Of a stretch of DNA of 64,000 bases, positions 41,405 to 53,503 are shown one piece after another; position 1 is the stretch's first letter; each line of letters opens with the position of its first letter. The notes under the pieces are model-generated. The model saw nothing but the letters and a program-made list of their open reading frames with translations. It had not been told where the DNA came from and made no database searches. Source of the stretch: Phoronis australis (lineage: Eukaryota > Animalia > Phoronida); contig NMRA01000243.1 in the NCBI GenBank assembly GCA_002633005.1, positions 10,871 to 74,870 of the forward strand. The letters run 5' to 3'. A program made the position numbers and the translations under genes.

Positions 41405-41620
41405 ATGCCGTTATATTGCGGTGCATCGTTCCGGTTTGTCCGAACTATGAAGCTGCGAAGAAAGCGCGTATATAGTTTTTTCGACTTTCTCGAGAGCCGG
41501 AAATGCTTAGAAAGTGGCTCGTGGTAGTGAAGAATGAAAGGTACGTTGTTAATAGCAAGTATGAGGCCGTGAAACATCTCCGTGTCTGTGGCCGGCATTT
41601 CGTCGACAGTGATTTCTCTG
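41405..41620 (+). pseudogene. THAP zinc-finger remnant, probably transposase-derived
   Basis: RCIVPVCPN...RI*FFRLSREPEMLRKWL...HLRVCGRHFVDSDF (C2CH THAP pattern) with an in-frame stop. Confidence 0.8.
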
Positions 41621-42329
41621 ACGAATTCCGGCTTAACAAAGAACTATCTATACTTTCCGTTGCCTGTGCATGTTCACGGCGCCTCTCTAGTATTTCTCGA
41701 TAGTGTATTCTGGTTCGAACTGATAGCTTGTGAAACCTAACGATCCGACCCGTGAAGTGTTCGTCGGAGGAGCTTTTGACTAAGTCGGGATTGGCGCCGG
41801 GCGAATTGCAATGTAGACGTTTATTATTCTGCGTTGTTTCAAAATGAATTGTTCTCATCCTAACCAATGCTTATATAAAACTGAAACAAAGTCTGTCTCA
41901 TTAGATACAATGTGTGATGCCTCTGGAGTATTCGTGAGTGCAAATGTTTTGAGAAGCCAGCAATGAATAAACCACTGCGTTAACGGCTTTTGATGTCCGC
42001 AATAAAGGTAATTGACCGGGCACCGAGGCCTTGTGAACAGAAACAGAAGCTGCTGTGAAACAATTATTCCATTTTATATGCTATGCTCATGTTAGGGGAA
42101 TCTTTATTTAGAAATACCCAATACACTATTCAAATCATTGTTACTGTGCAACCTTTGCCCTTACGGTCTGTGGAAAGGGAACCCGACTTCGCGGCTCCCG
42201 ACAAGTAAGTAGATTTTCAGTTTCGTGGCCAATTCCTATAAATAATTACGTGCACATTATTTCTTTGGCTCACCATTATAGTCTTTTCGTGACTAGAGGT
42301 TTACTTTCCAACTCAAGCTGGTTTATGTT

Positions 42330-42445
42330 CGTGGCAGTCCCGGCAGCCGCGACGGGCCTGATCGGGTTCCGAGCCACTGGACGGGAGTAACGAGTCAGTC
42401 CGGTGGCAACGGGCCTGATCGGGTTCCGAGTCACTGGCCGGGATA
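42330..42445 (+). repeat. ~57-bp tandem duplication
   Basis: acgggcctgatcgggttccgag.cactgg occurs twice. Confidence 0.8.
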
Positions 42446-43560
42446 ACCAGCGTTTTGTGTGTTTAGAACTCAAAATATCACAAGTCTAAACAACACAGAT
42501 CAAAGTTCTCCTTTCTGTATTTCGCGGAAGAATACTTCGAATTTACCTCCGCAGAGACCCCAAACTCCTGCTACGGACCTTGGCAAATTGACCTGCCGAA
42601 CTTTGTAGGCTACGGTGTGTCCTAATACCAATAAATCCGTAACAGCGAAATTAAACAACACATTTGTAAGAACGCGGTGTACTTTTAAGGGTTTTACATC
42701 GAAGTTTGGTGATTCATTGGTGTTAAACGATGAACTCAAGCGATAAGCTGACACCAGTAACCCATGTTGTGAATTGCTGAACAGGCTGCGGGTGAAACCA
42801 ATGACGTCATTGGATAATTTCAACACCTCCGTCTGCCGTCAGGTGTCAGGTAACTCAACCGAACATGCCGTTATCGAGTAGAACTACTCTACCTAAATTG
42901 ATACAAAATAGGTTGTTTTTGGGTGGCATTTTGCTTTAACTCTGATGCATAGGAGTTTCCAATAACAAATTGCCAATGTTGTAAGAGTTCAGTTGCTGTC
43001 CAGAACACAGAATCTATCACCTTTAATTGTCAGCAGATGATTTTGTAGGACTGGAAGGTTTTCAAGAAACCTGAGACCTTCTTGAATAATTCTCGTACTT
43101 AGTGTTTACCTGCTTGTCTATGTGCTTATCTGTCTGCATCATTCTCAGCTTTTTTGCCTGCCTGTCTGCTAATCTTCCTATCTGTATGTACGTCATGGCT
43201 ACTTTTGCTTATCTAATGTAAATTATATACCCATTTGAAGAAGGTACGCGAAATAGCCATGTTAAGACGCTGAATAGTTCATGAAAGTGTACGCCTCCCT
43301 CCGTCAGTAAATCCAAAATGAAGACAGTTGCATCTCACTACTTGAAGCGTTACGAAGGATATTAGCCACAGGGGGGGTGAACAGATCTAACCAAGTAGAT
43401 AGTATAGCGCTGGAAAGAAAACGATATGGTTTGTAGACTTTGTATTTCTGCTTTTCATCTGCACACCCCATGTAAATCTGGATGATTAAGCATATCTCTG
43501 ACATTCCACTGCTTCAAGTTCGTCACTTCTTCCCACATCCACCTGCCTTATGCTTTTCAG

Positions 43561-43774
43561 AGAAACTGGACTGCTGTTAATAGACAAACCCCCATTTCCA
43601 TTCATCGAACAATCTATTCGAGAGTTTAAGAGATACGGTCTGCCATACACGGAGTTCAGTAACGAGGAACTAACGAAGAGATACCCAACTTTTCGCGTAC
43701 CGGAAGGTTACAAAGGCTGTCTGGACATCTGCGGAGGAACTCTGAAGGCTGACGAATGTTTAAAGTGTTATCAG
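43561..43774 (+). CDS. PIPOX: PIPOX-like, exon 3
   Basis: ETGLLLI...EELTKRYPTFRVPEGYKGCLDICGGTLKADECLKCYQ; phase 2->0. Confidence 0.92.
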
Positions 43775-43887
43775 GTATGGTGACGTATTGATAAAATCCA
43801 TTTTACTCCCATTTGTTGTGGAGGGAAAAGGCGCAGTGACCCAGTTGTTCTTGAAATGTTAGGAGCGCCCACACACACAACGCTTAA

Positions 43888-46208
43888 GAGATCCCACCAT
43901 GTCCTCGTATTACAAAAAAAATTTTATTAATACATCTTAAGAGATATAATAGCCTTTAGTATACCTGTTGGTAAGAAACAAGCCAAAAATTCAACATATA
44001 TATTTTTCTGTTATCGGGGTTGTATGGAATGGGTGAAAGCCGTCTCCCCGTTGTTTTTACCGGAGTGCGCTACTGAGGAGTTGTGAGGAAAGTCCGCGGA
44101 GAGCTGCGTCTGTGGAGGCTGCAGTAACAGCAACTTGACTCGGAACGTCTCTGTGTTCAAATTTCCCAAGTAAGTGAACGTTGCACAGAAAGCGTCGGTT
44201 TGTGCGCCGCACGAGAGTGTGGAATGGCAGTGAGGAGCATGCGATTCAGTAGGGGGCCACACTTTGTTCGGTACATTTCAAGGAATCGTGTTTCGACCAA
44301 ACACAAAAGCGGCGTTAGGATGAAGGACTCGCCAGCTTGTAACTGTATAAATTTTGCAAATTTCATAAATAACAAGCAAACTGCTTCCATTCTAGGGCGA
44401 GCGCCTGGATGCCCTGATCTCCACCCCGGTCCAGATTAAGTGCTACGACACGTAGGCTTATGTATTGTGTTTAGACCCTGCTCATTTCATCATGGCAAGA
44501 GTGAAGACTCAGGTTTACTGTGGCCTTTGTCAGTGATTATTGTGTCTATTTTGTGAATAATGACCTCTCCTTGGTTGTGGCTCACATATGTCTGCAACAT
44601 TTTTCGTGCAAGTTGGTCAAGTTCATACGGCCTCAAAGCCGACGAAAGTTTGCTAATTGGGAAATCGAATTCGTTGTCTGATTCTTCATGTACTTGAGTG
44701 TGATGCCCGCATCCACTCTCCTCTCTGTCTGCATCATAATTGTCCAGTTCTCGCTCAAAATCGCCCTCGTCTTCTGATCTGCTGTGTTCCGCCATGATTG
44801 CAATTGGCGGGAAACTTGGAAATAACAAATTTTCTTCATATTAAAAGGTTCGCGACCATTGGGCATGAAAAGGGCTTTTTATGCGCCCACATACATGTAT
44901 TTATATGTGGACGCATTATGCCGTCGTCTCCGTCCGTCCGTCCATCCGGCGTCCGCTGCTGACCCTTTGACATACGCTCATGAAATTTGGCACATATCTT
45001 CCATTTATGAATAGGACGGCATGAGCGAACTTTCGGACGGATCCGACTACCGGAGTGCCCCCTAGTGGTAATTTTAGTTTTTTACGCTTGCCTTTGTATC
45101 TTCAAAAGTCCAGAACGGATTTTCATGAAATTTAGTATATGGGCACCTATTAGTGAGATGACGCTATCCTCTCGTTTTCGGATGGATTCTACGTAGTTTG
45201 CGCCACCTATTGGCCATTTTTACTGTTTTCGAGTCTGTTTTTTTGCGCCCACCCCTCTATCAACCAAACCGCTCAAAGGATGATTGTGAAAATTGGCATG
45301 TATTTGCTTACTATGAAGAGGACGGTTGACGATGATTTTCCGACGATTTCGACTACTGTGGCGCCTCCTAGTGGCAGTTTTTTTGTGCCTATGGCTGTAT
45401 CTCTTAAACCGTTTCCAGGATCTTTACTTAATTTAGCAAGTGTATTTATGTGATGTTGACTACGGATGACGACGACTTTCGGATAGATCTGATAACTGCT
45501 GTGCCCCCTAGTGGAATTTTATTTTTTTACGTTGAACTCAGTATCTTCAAAGGTCCTGAACAAAGGCATCTATTGGTTTGATGACGCTATCTTACTGTTT
45601 TTGGATGGAATCGAGGTATTTTGCACCACCTAGTGGCCATTTTTGTTGTTTTCAAATCTTGTTTTTAATGTCCACCACTGTATCAACCAAATCATTTGAA
45701 AATTGACATATATGTTCTCAGTGTGAAGACGACCTTTGATGATGGTGACTGACTACTGTGGCGCCTCCTAGTGGTAGTTTTGTTTTGCGCCCATAGTTGT
45801 ATCTCTTAAACCCACTGTAGGAGCTTTACTAAATTTAGTAAGTGTATTTATATGAAGATAACAACAGACGACGACGACGACGACGACTTTCAGGCGGATC
45901 CAACGGACACTGTGCCCACTAATGACAATTTCATTTTATTCTGTTTTCCTTTGTTTCTCTGAAGTTCCTTGACAGATTTTTATGAAATATGGCATGTTCC
46001 TGTTTTTGGATGGATTGTACGTTTTTGCGCCATCTAGTGGCTATTTTTATAATACAAATAAATAACCCTAAAAGCACACCATTTGCAATGCATTCGTGGG
46101 CGCATCTCAACGCTCCGCGTTGCTCTTGTTTAGTTAGATTTTATGATATTCATTTCATATTTAGCCAACTGAAACCTCAAAAATTAAGAAAATGCACGGT
46201 GGGAACTC
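43888..46208 (-). mobile_element. Kolobok-like element interrupted by a HINE; a terminal fragment of the same family lies inverted at about 22052-22262
   Basis: TTAA|GAGATCCCACC ... GGTGGGAACTC|TTCA; sequences on both sides of the HINE join to match 22052-22262. Confidence 0.6.
44876..46131 (+). mobile_element. Complete HINE/DINE-1-like element with tandem ~150-bp subunits
   Basis: TTTTT-ATGCGCCCAC..GTGGACGCAT, (GTCC)n, tandem array, GTGGGCGCAT (46096), hairpin CAACGC-tcc-GCGTTG, CTCTTGTTT end. Confidence 0.8.
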
Positions 46209-47689
46209 TTCAACTAGGATAAGGCGGAAATTGTCGCTCTGCGTGTGACAGTTGACAGCTGATGTGAATGCAGCGCGAAAGACCCTCTCTACTGTTTCCG
46301 CAGCGGATAATTACTCCCGCCTTACCATGGGATATAGCCTCCCGATTTTTTTTCAGTGCTGTGCCTCCGCCCATGCTTACCCCAGTTTTGCGGCCACACA
46401 GCGATTTGAAGTAGCACAAATTACCTTACAAGAAGTAAACCTACCTCAATAAGGTGGAGTAAGTTGTCACAAGCGTGCCAAGTTGTGCTTAAAGTTACTG
46501 ACTACTCGTTTCAGAAGTAACTAGTGTAGGGTAATTTTAAAAGTCTGTGTGTGGACGGCACTAATGGCGCTTTTCCGGGCAGAATCGGACTGGTGAAAAA
46601 AAGGATAGGTTATTACAATTTTTTGACAGCCCCGAAATAACAGCTTTTCTCTACAATGCTAAGTCAGTATGCGAATAAAACAAGCTCTGGTTTTCATAAA
46701 AGTGCTATAAGATTCAGGATTTTAAATTGGTAGATGTAACAGTTACCTTTGGTGACAATATTACGTCACGCCGTATTCAAAGATAACATGCAATATGGCC
46801 CTCGACCGACTGATGAGGACAATCGAGACGAAGTCTCTAGTGGAAATGGAGAGGGAGAAGAAGCAAGATCTCAAAAGACCTCGCAATGTCACGAGAGTTA
46901 GTGTTTCTCGAGTACGCCTGGGAACAAAATGGCCACCCAGGACTTAATTGGTTAGCAATATTGGAGTGCTGCATTGTAGAATTGAATTCGCTTTTTGCGT
47001 TCTATAAGAGACGGTGAGTCGCCACAAGCGCAAGTTAATGTTTGGGGTTGACGGAAAGCAGTCCTGGAGGCTCAAATTTTGGAATTTTGGTTATAGGACC
47101 TGCATGTTTAGACAAAAAATCTACAAAACTGTACATTTTAACTCATTGAAATTGTATATTTTCTGAAAGCAGTAAAAATCTTGAAGTATTAGATTTTTGA
47201 CTTTCATCGTTGTGTAAAGATGAAACATTTAAAAAACAATTCCAAACGCAGCTTTGAAAAGCAGCGTGTATTATTTGAATGATTCATATGAATACAATCA
47301 GCTGTTTCTAAGGTATGATGTTCAGAAGTTAGCCAAATTTTGACATTTTTCTAGGGTTCTACATAACCGCAAGAGCACCAACCACAGAAAGTTTTTGGGA
47401 GGATATATATTTGCGAATATCTTCTAAATTCACATTGTTCTAACTGGAAAGAAAGCGAATGAGACGGTTGCGCCCAGATATCTAAAGCACGAAGCTTCAC
47501 AAAACAAAAGTATCATTTATTCAGAAATTGAAGGCATTGCATTCATACGAAAACATTTCCATTGTTACAGTCGCGTCGTGTTGGAGAAGTCAATCACAAA
47601 ACTTATTTACAGGTACATGTACGGTTGAACGTAACAACTGCGAATGTAATAGCAAGTGGAAATGCAACAATATATTACGTAACGTATAT

Positions 47690-47708
47690 GTATGTGTGTG
47701 TGCGTGCA

Positions 47709-47739
<31 letters not shown>
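47690..47739 (+). repeat. (GCGT)n microsatellite
   Basis: Directly visible. Confidence 0.9.
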
Positions 47740-47797
47740 TACTATTAGTGTATTGGCAGTTGCAAAGGGGCGGTAATGACTATGGTCTTTATTAAAG

Positions 47798-47980
47798 GAT
47801 ATGTTTACGAAGTTTGGTGGCCGCTTACATGACGATGAGCCGGTTGTTGACGTTATCCCAGGGGACGTGATCACTGTCAACACCCCCAAAGCGTCCTACA
47901 GAACGCGCCACGTGGTCTTGGCAGCAGGAGGTTGGAGTAATCAAATCCTGGAACCACTAGGTGTATCACTCCCACTGCAG
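47798..47980 (+). CDS. PIPOX: PIPOX-like, exon 4
   Basis: DMFTKFGGRLHDDEPVVDVIPG...HVVLAAGGWSNQILEPLGVSLPLQ; phase 0->0. Confidence 0.92.
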
Positions 47981-48678
47981 GTTCGTTTCACGCCACCACA
48001 ACCTATACACACAGCAGACACAAAAATCCATTCACCGGTTCACATTGTATAGCGCGGGGAAAATATGAGCGTTATGATAGTGTATGTTCGTTTTTATACC
48101 CCAGTTTGAACGAATTACTTTATTACGCACTGCGCCATATTCTAGACCCTGCATTTCTTCACAGTCAGTATCAACTTATACAATTAAATGTCAAAAAGCG
48201 GAATAATATCATGTCTCGGGCAACCTTGCTATAACGTTGTGTGCAAGAAAAGAATGGAAACAGTTAAAGCAACAATGACTTCGCGTTTCGTCGAAGAAAC
48301 TAGTTTCTAATTTAGACAACTTGCTGCTAGAAAATTGGTCTCAACCTTTTCCTTACTTTGTTGAGAAGTTCGTGCAATTTTTGGTCTTGCAAGGAACTGA
48401 CACTTTCTCTTTTTGTTGAGACTATGCTCAGCACATAAGATGGCTCTCCACGACAAAGCAACTTGTAGAGACTGATATAAAGCAGTAACGAATTGAAACC
48501 ATATCCAATTTGACTGAGGAATAATTTGAGATCAATTTCCTAAACGGTAAGTGGTATAAATCGAAAGTAGTTTTTATGCTCCTGCCTAAAATTCCATCAG
48601 CCACATTGTCAACTTGTAGTTGTAACACTGAGACTTTACAGTTTCAAGGACAACGTCGTTATGGCTTTGTGTGCTCAC

Positions 48679-48779
48679 CATGGGCGGCGCACCATTGGGG
48701 GCTGGGGGGGGGGGGGNGGGGGGGGGGGGGGGGGGGGGTATAGCCCCCACTTTTTCCAGTCAGTGCTGCGCCGCCCATG
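48679..48779. mobile_element. Tiny MITE with a poly-G interior
   Basis: CATGGGCGGCGCAC ... GTGCTGCGCCGCCCATG; related short copy at about 46326-46375. Confidence 0.55.
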
Positions 48780-49356
48780 TCCACATGGTGCCAGATTTTG
48801 GTTGACCTCTGACGAACTTGGTGGAGTTCTGTAGACGCACTGATCGCGCGATTTCGGTCACCTGTAATACGTGGCGTTTTTGCGAGGTTCTTGCGTCTAC
48901 GGAACGCACGCCTGGTCACCGGTGCCAGTGCTATGTTGCTGATGCCGCAACGTTTGACCGCTAAGTATGGAAGAGTAACTCTTCCAATGCATGCAGGAGA
49001 CGGATGTTGACATAGGAAAAGTACGAGAATTGGCATATATGCATGGCGTTTTTGTAAGTTTCGCGACTTGGTTCACGAACGTTATTCAAATTTACGTAGT
49101 TGATGATTTCCCACCAAGTTATTTAAGTAGCCAAGGAAGCATTCAGTAACTCTGGTGACACGAGAGTAAAAAGTGGGTGATACCACGTGCTTTGCGTTTA
49201 ATGCGTGGTGGTATCTCGCGAAAACTCGTGTGAACCAACTTGTCATACTAATCTTGCTGAAAGTACCCCTCTTTGCTGACAATCCTGGTCATATCGAGAC
49301 TCATTCAGTCGATTGAACTGACAACTGATTCATAATGAAGTATAACACATTTGCAG

Positions 49357-49533
49357 GTGGTTAATATGAGCTCTTGTTACTGGAAAGAAACCGACATGGA
49401 GAACACTTTCCCACACGCGTTCATCCTGACCAAGGTATGTCCTTGGCCTCGCCAGGAGATTCCGGATGACGCGGGAATGATAGACTTCAAAATCTATGGC
49501 TTGCCAACCTACGATGGTTTCGACAACATGAAG
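49357..49533 (+). CDS. PIPOX: PIPOX-like, exon 5
   Basis: VVNMSSCYWKE...IYGLPTYDGFDNMK; phase 0->0. Confidence 0.88.
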
Positions 49534-49749
49534 GTTAGTAAACGCCGGCTTTAATTATCTATTAGTTCTAAATCCAAGCTCTACCAAAGACTTAAGGCCA
49601 CAAACCACAGATGTCAATTAATCAGAGCAATTTTACTAAGCAACTTGCTGGAACCCTTGTTTCGCAAGTGTACGGGAAACAACTTTCGCTGCGTTTACGC
49701 TAGAGACGTGAAGTTGTCCTGGTGAAACATGATGCCAAAGATAGGAAAC

Positions 49750-50820
49750 AAAATATGGCGTAAAAGCTTTGCTGTTATCAATGCTTTTTAAGTATCAGTT
49801 GTTATTGTTATCCATTTTTTTTTCTTATCTCATTTCATTTTTGTTGAAAGTCCATTTTAGTTATTTCGCCGTATACAAATGTGACGGTGTCTTTATTACC
49901 ATAACTCAAATTCACATGTACAGATATATTCATGAGTATACGTTTCAAGTGCTTAGCTGTCGAGAACCAAGTCCTCAATCAAATTATCTTCGTACTATTC
50001 CTATCATTATAGTAGAGCGTAGAGTCGATTGCCGTGGGGATAGGTGGTGGGAAAGAAAGCGTAGTGGCTTTGACATCTAGAATACAGCAGCTTCTGCGAA
50101 ACACATGTCTCTTGCTGTGTTGCCTTCCAGCAAATGGAGTCTAATACACGCCTCTTTTTAATGAGTCCAGTACCTGACCCTGCTCTGTCCGCAGATCTTC
50201 AAATGATGTTCGACCGGGTTCATGGAGGAGTAGTGTTCGTAGGCAGAAAAATTCAATGTCCTTCGGACTGCCAGAGTAAATATGCCCAATAAAATTCTTG
50301 CCCTCTCTTTTCCTATTATGAAGATTAAGTTTTGAACCAGTAATCGAAATCTTAAATAATTATTTACAAATAGTTATTTCCAATCTTGAGTTGTTTTTTG
50401 TTGTAGTAAACGGTACCTGTAAAAAGGAAAAGAAAAACAACGATCAAGTACAACTGTTAGAAATTTTGATATATCTGTGTTCTTCACTGCAAGTTTTATC
50501 CTGTCGCTTCAGGGTAAAGTTCAGTAAAGCTAGGACCTCGCTAAAATCTACCCAAAACGCGTTCTCATTTAAAATACACGGCAAAATCTCACGTAATCTC
50601 CCGAAGTCTTGCTTTTTAGCGAAGTTTTAGCGTTACTGAACCCAGCACCAGTTTGTCGACGCTACCGTCAGATTTGGGTGTTCTATAACATACGGGCTTT
50701 GTGTTTACCCATAACAGAGAATATCCACATGGTCGAGTCCAGTCACGCCTTTCCGACAGGTTTAGACTTTGAGTTGTGGAGAACACTGAATGTAGCATGT
50801 CTCACAACATGAAAGTGTCA
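49750..50820 (-). mobile_element. Degenerate Helitron fragment (RepHel remnant), inverted copy of 25940-27030
   Basis: IGHIYSGSPKDIEFFCLRTLLLHEPGRTSFEDLRTEQG...EACIRLHLLEG...EAA. Confidence 0.8.
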
Positions 50821-50959
50821 AACATGACGACATGAATGCAATTCTAGATGTGATCAATCTTATTTGATAATTTGAAAACTTTTAACAAGTGAATGTTATT
50901 CAGTGCCAGTCTATTGAGACAAAGGTTGACCTATAGGTAAATACCGCAAGCACCTGTCC

Positions 50960-53503
50960 CAGTGGCGGATCTATGGGGGGGTTCAGGGGGTTTAAACCCC
51001 CCCCCTCGGGCCAGGACCCAAAATTAGAAAAAAAAATAAAAACGTCTCCAGCAAAACAAAAACGGCACCGCCAGCGAAACCCCAAGAAAACCAACTTGGA
51101 AAAAAATGAGGGGTGCGGGTTCACTCTAAAAATATTTTTTTGCAATGTGAATTGCTGTTATGAAAGTCAACGCGTTTCTAGTCTTCGTGGCTCGTCGGCA
51201 AAACCGCGGGGATCAATTGTGCGCGCGCTTGCGACGACACTTCTGAAGTAGCCAAGCATTTTAGATGGACCCACCGCTGAAAGAGCAGCTCTATAGCTGA
51301 TTTCTTTAGGTAACTAGTTTCTTTACTCTAAGATATGTTTTGATTTGATTAGGGGAAATACTGTGGTGCCGCAACCCTGATATTCAGGCGAATTAACGTG
51401 CAACCTTTTTTACCTCATCTGTCATGCCATGTCATCCTCTTACGCCCAACACGTTTGTAACTCGAATTTGACTGATGTATAGTAAAGTTGTCTTGCGCAA
51501 TATCATACAGTGTACATGTACATGTAATACTTGAAAAAAACTCGTTTTCCGAAGAATTGCAATTGTGGCCTGCGCCTTGGTCTGGTGGCGAGTCTGTTTG
51601 AAGATGCACTCTAACAAGTTATGTCTACACAAGGAATGGCCAAGGGCACTTCTACCTGCAATAAGCACCACTGCCGTTTTCTATACTGGGAATTTCCGCA
51701 GAAAGGCCCACCCGAAGAAACTCCCATGCCCATGGGCATTTATTTGATGTTAGTACTTCGGGTTTCAAGCGTTCAGACATTGGGACGTTTATTTCGAAAA
51801 TTGCAAGAGATGCAAATGAGTCCTGGGATACATCGTCAAGGTTTGAAGTAGTCCATGATGAACGGATCGAATTTAGTTGCGCATGCTATGAGTCTTTTGA
51901 ATGGACTTGGTTATCTCAGGGGGCTTAGTGCCAACTGAGCTGCGAAACGAGATGCTGACAATGTAGAGGCGTACAAGCTCATTGACACAGCAGTTGACGA
52001 AGTGCAAGCGTTGGGAAAAAAACGTCGAAGATGTCTGGGTAGAATGGTTCCAAGAGCAGCAAACCATTGGATCCGATGTACAGATTCCTCGTCAGTCTAG
52101 ACAACAGAAAGATAGGACCAACGTTCCCGGTGAAACACCCAGGTAATAAGTGATAATTATACACAGTTTGTAATAATGTCGGTTTTTTATGCTTGTGTAC
52201 AGTGAAAACGAAATAGAAATTATTTTTGGACATGCCAAATTTACCCAGTACACCAGAGGGTCTATGAGCGCACAGAAACTGATTCTGGTTTGTATTTCCA
52301 CATTAGTCTATCTGCTTCATATCCAAAATCTTATTTCACGTAGTGCGTAGTTAAATATGTACTCAATATACTTGTTTCTTCCAGTGAGTACTACAGAACG
52401 GTGCGAAAACCCTTCCTAGACAACCTGTCGCAGCAGTTGACCACCAGATGTGTAAACTACACGTATGAGCAACCACTGGGGATTAAAAGTGTCTAGAGAG
52501 TTATTCAATTTTTTTGCAAAGTATGCTTTAGGTCTCGCGACGGACCAGGCCAGCTTGTTTTATGTAGATATCGAGTTTCAGTGAACTTCTGGTCCCTCGG
52601 CGAACTAGTCTTGTGATGTTTTTCACCAAAGTGTGTTTTGTAAAACTATTTATCTCAGCCAGTACTGTTTGGTCCCGCGACAGATCGACTATTTTTATAG
52701 GGATAATAAGCACAGGTGTATTTTCGGTCTCGTCGTGACGGACCAGGCCAGAGATTTTGTGTACTCTCAGTGAACATCTGGTCCCTCTGCGAACTGCTCC
52801 TGTATATCTACAGAGTGTTTTGGTTTCGTGAAACTGTTTTCAGATGATTTGTTTCCTGATACATTTGACGTTTTTCAATTGTTGTCAACGTGATTCATCT
52901 TAATAAAGTGATACTTAATTGTTTTTGTCGCTTTTAATAATAGACTATGAGCTGAGAGCACCATCGTTCGACAGTTTTTCTCGTAACGAGACAGAACACA
53001 TGTTTATTTCCGGACTAACAGTACAGGTCTTCGTTCTTAAACAGCTCGAGGCTGTTGCGATCATCTGATATCCAATTTTTTACGCCCCGTCGGTGCTCCT
53101 TATGCTCTTGAATATTGGGAAGTTGTCTAAACCCCTGTATACACACCACACTTTTTCGTATGCTAAAAAGGTGCGTGTAAACAGATGTTCCAACAAAATT
53201 TTTTGCTGGTGGTGTGACTCATACCCAGATGTGCACAAATATGGTTTCATGAAACTTATGAGCCAAGTTCATGTGACGAAATCGAGAAGGGTTTTTAATT
53301 ATCTTAAGAAAAACTCCAGGGCGAGAAACGTACCAGGATGCATGGAAATTTCACTGTTTGGCTACAAAAACAAAAAGTTGTCTTACACGGGAGGGAGGTT
53401 TGCCCCCTCCCGACCTCCCCCCGCTCGGCGCCATGCGCCTCGGATTCGACCTTTGCGGGAATCCTAAACCCCCCCCCTTACTGAAAACGTAGATCCGCCA
53501 CTG
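50960..53503 (+). mobile_element. hAT (Tip100/Zaphod-like) deletion derivative with transposase remnants
   Basis: TIR CAGTGGCGGATCTA..TAGATCCGCCACTG; flanks acctgtcc/actgtcct; remnants ...IPRQSRQQKDRTNVPGETP and EYYRTVRKPFLDNLSQQLTTR; solo ends at about 34300, 35010 and 62915. Confidence 0.8.
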
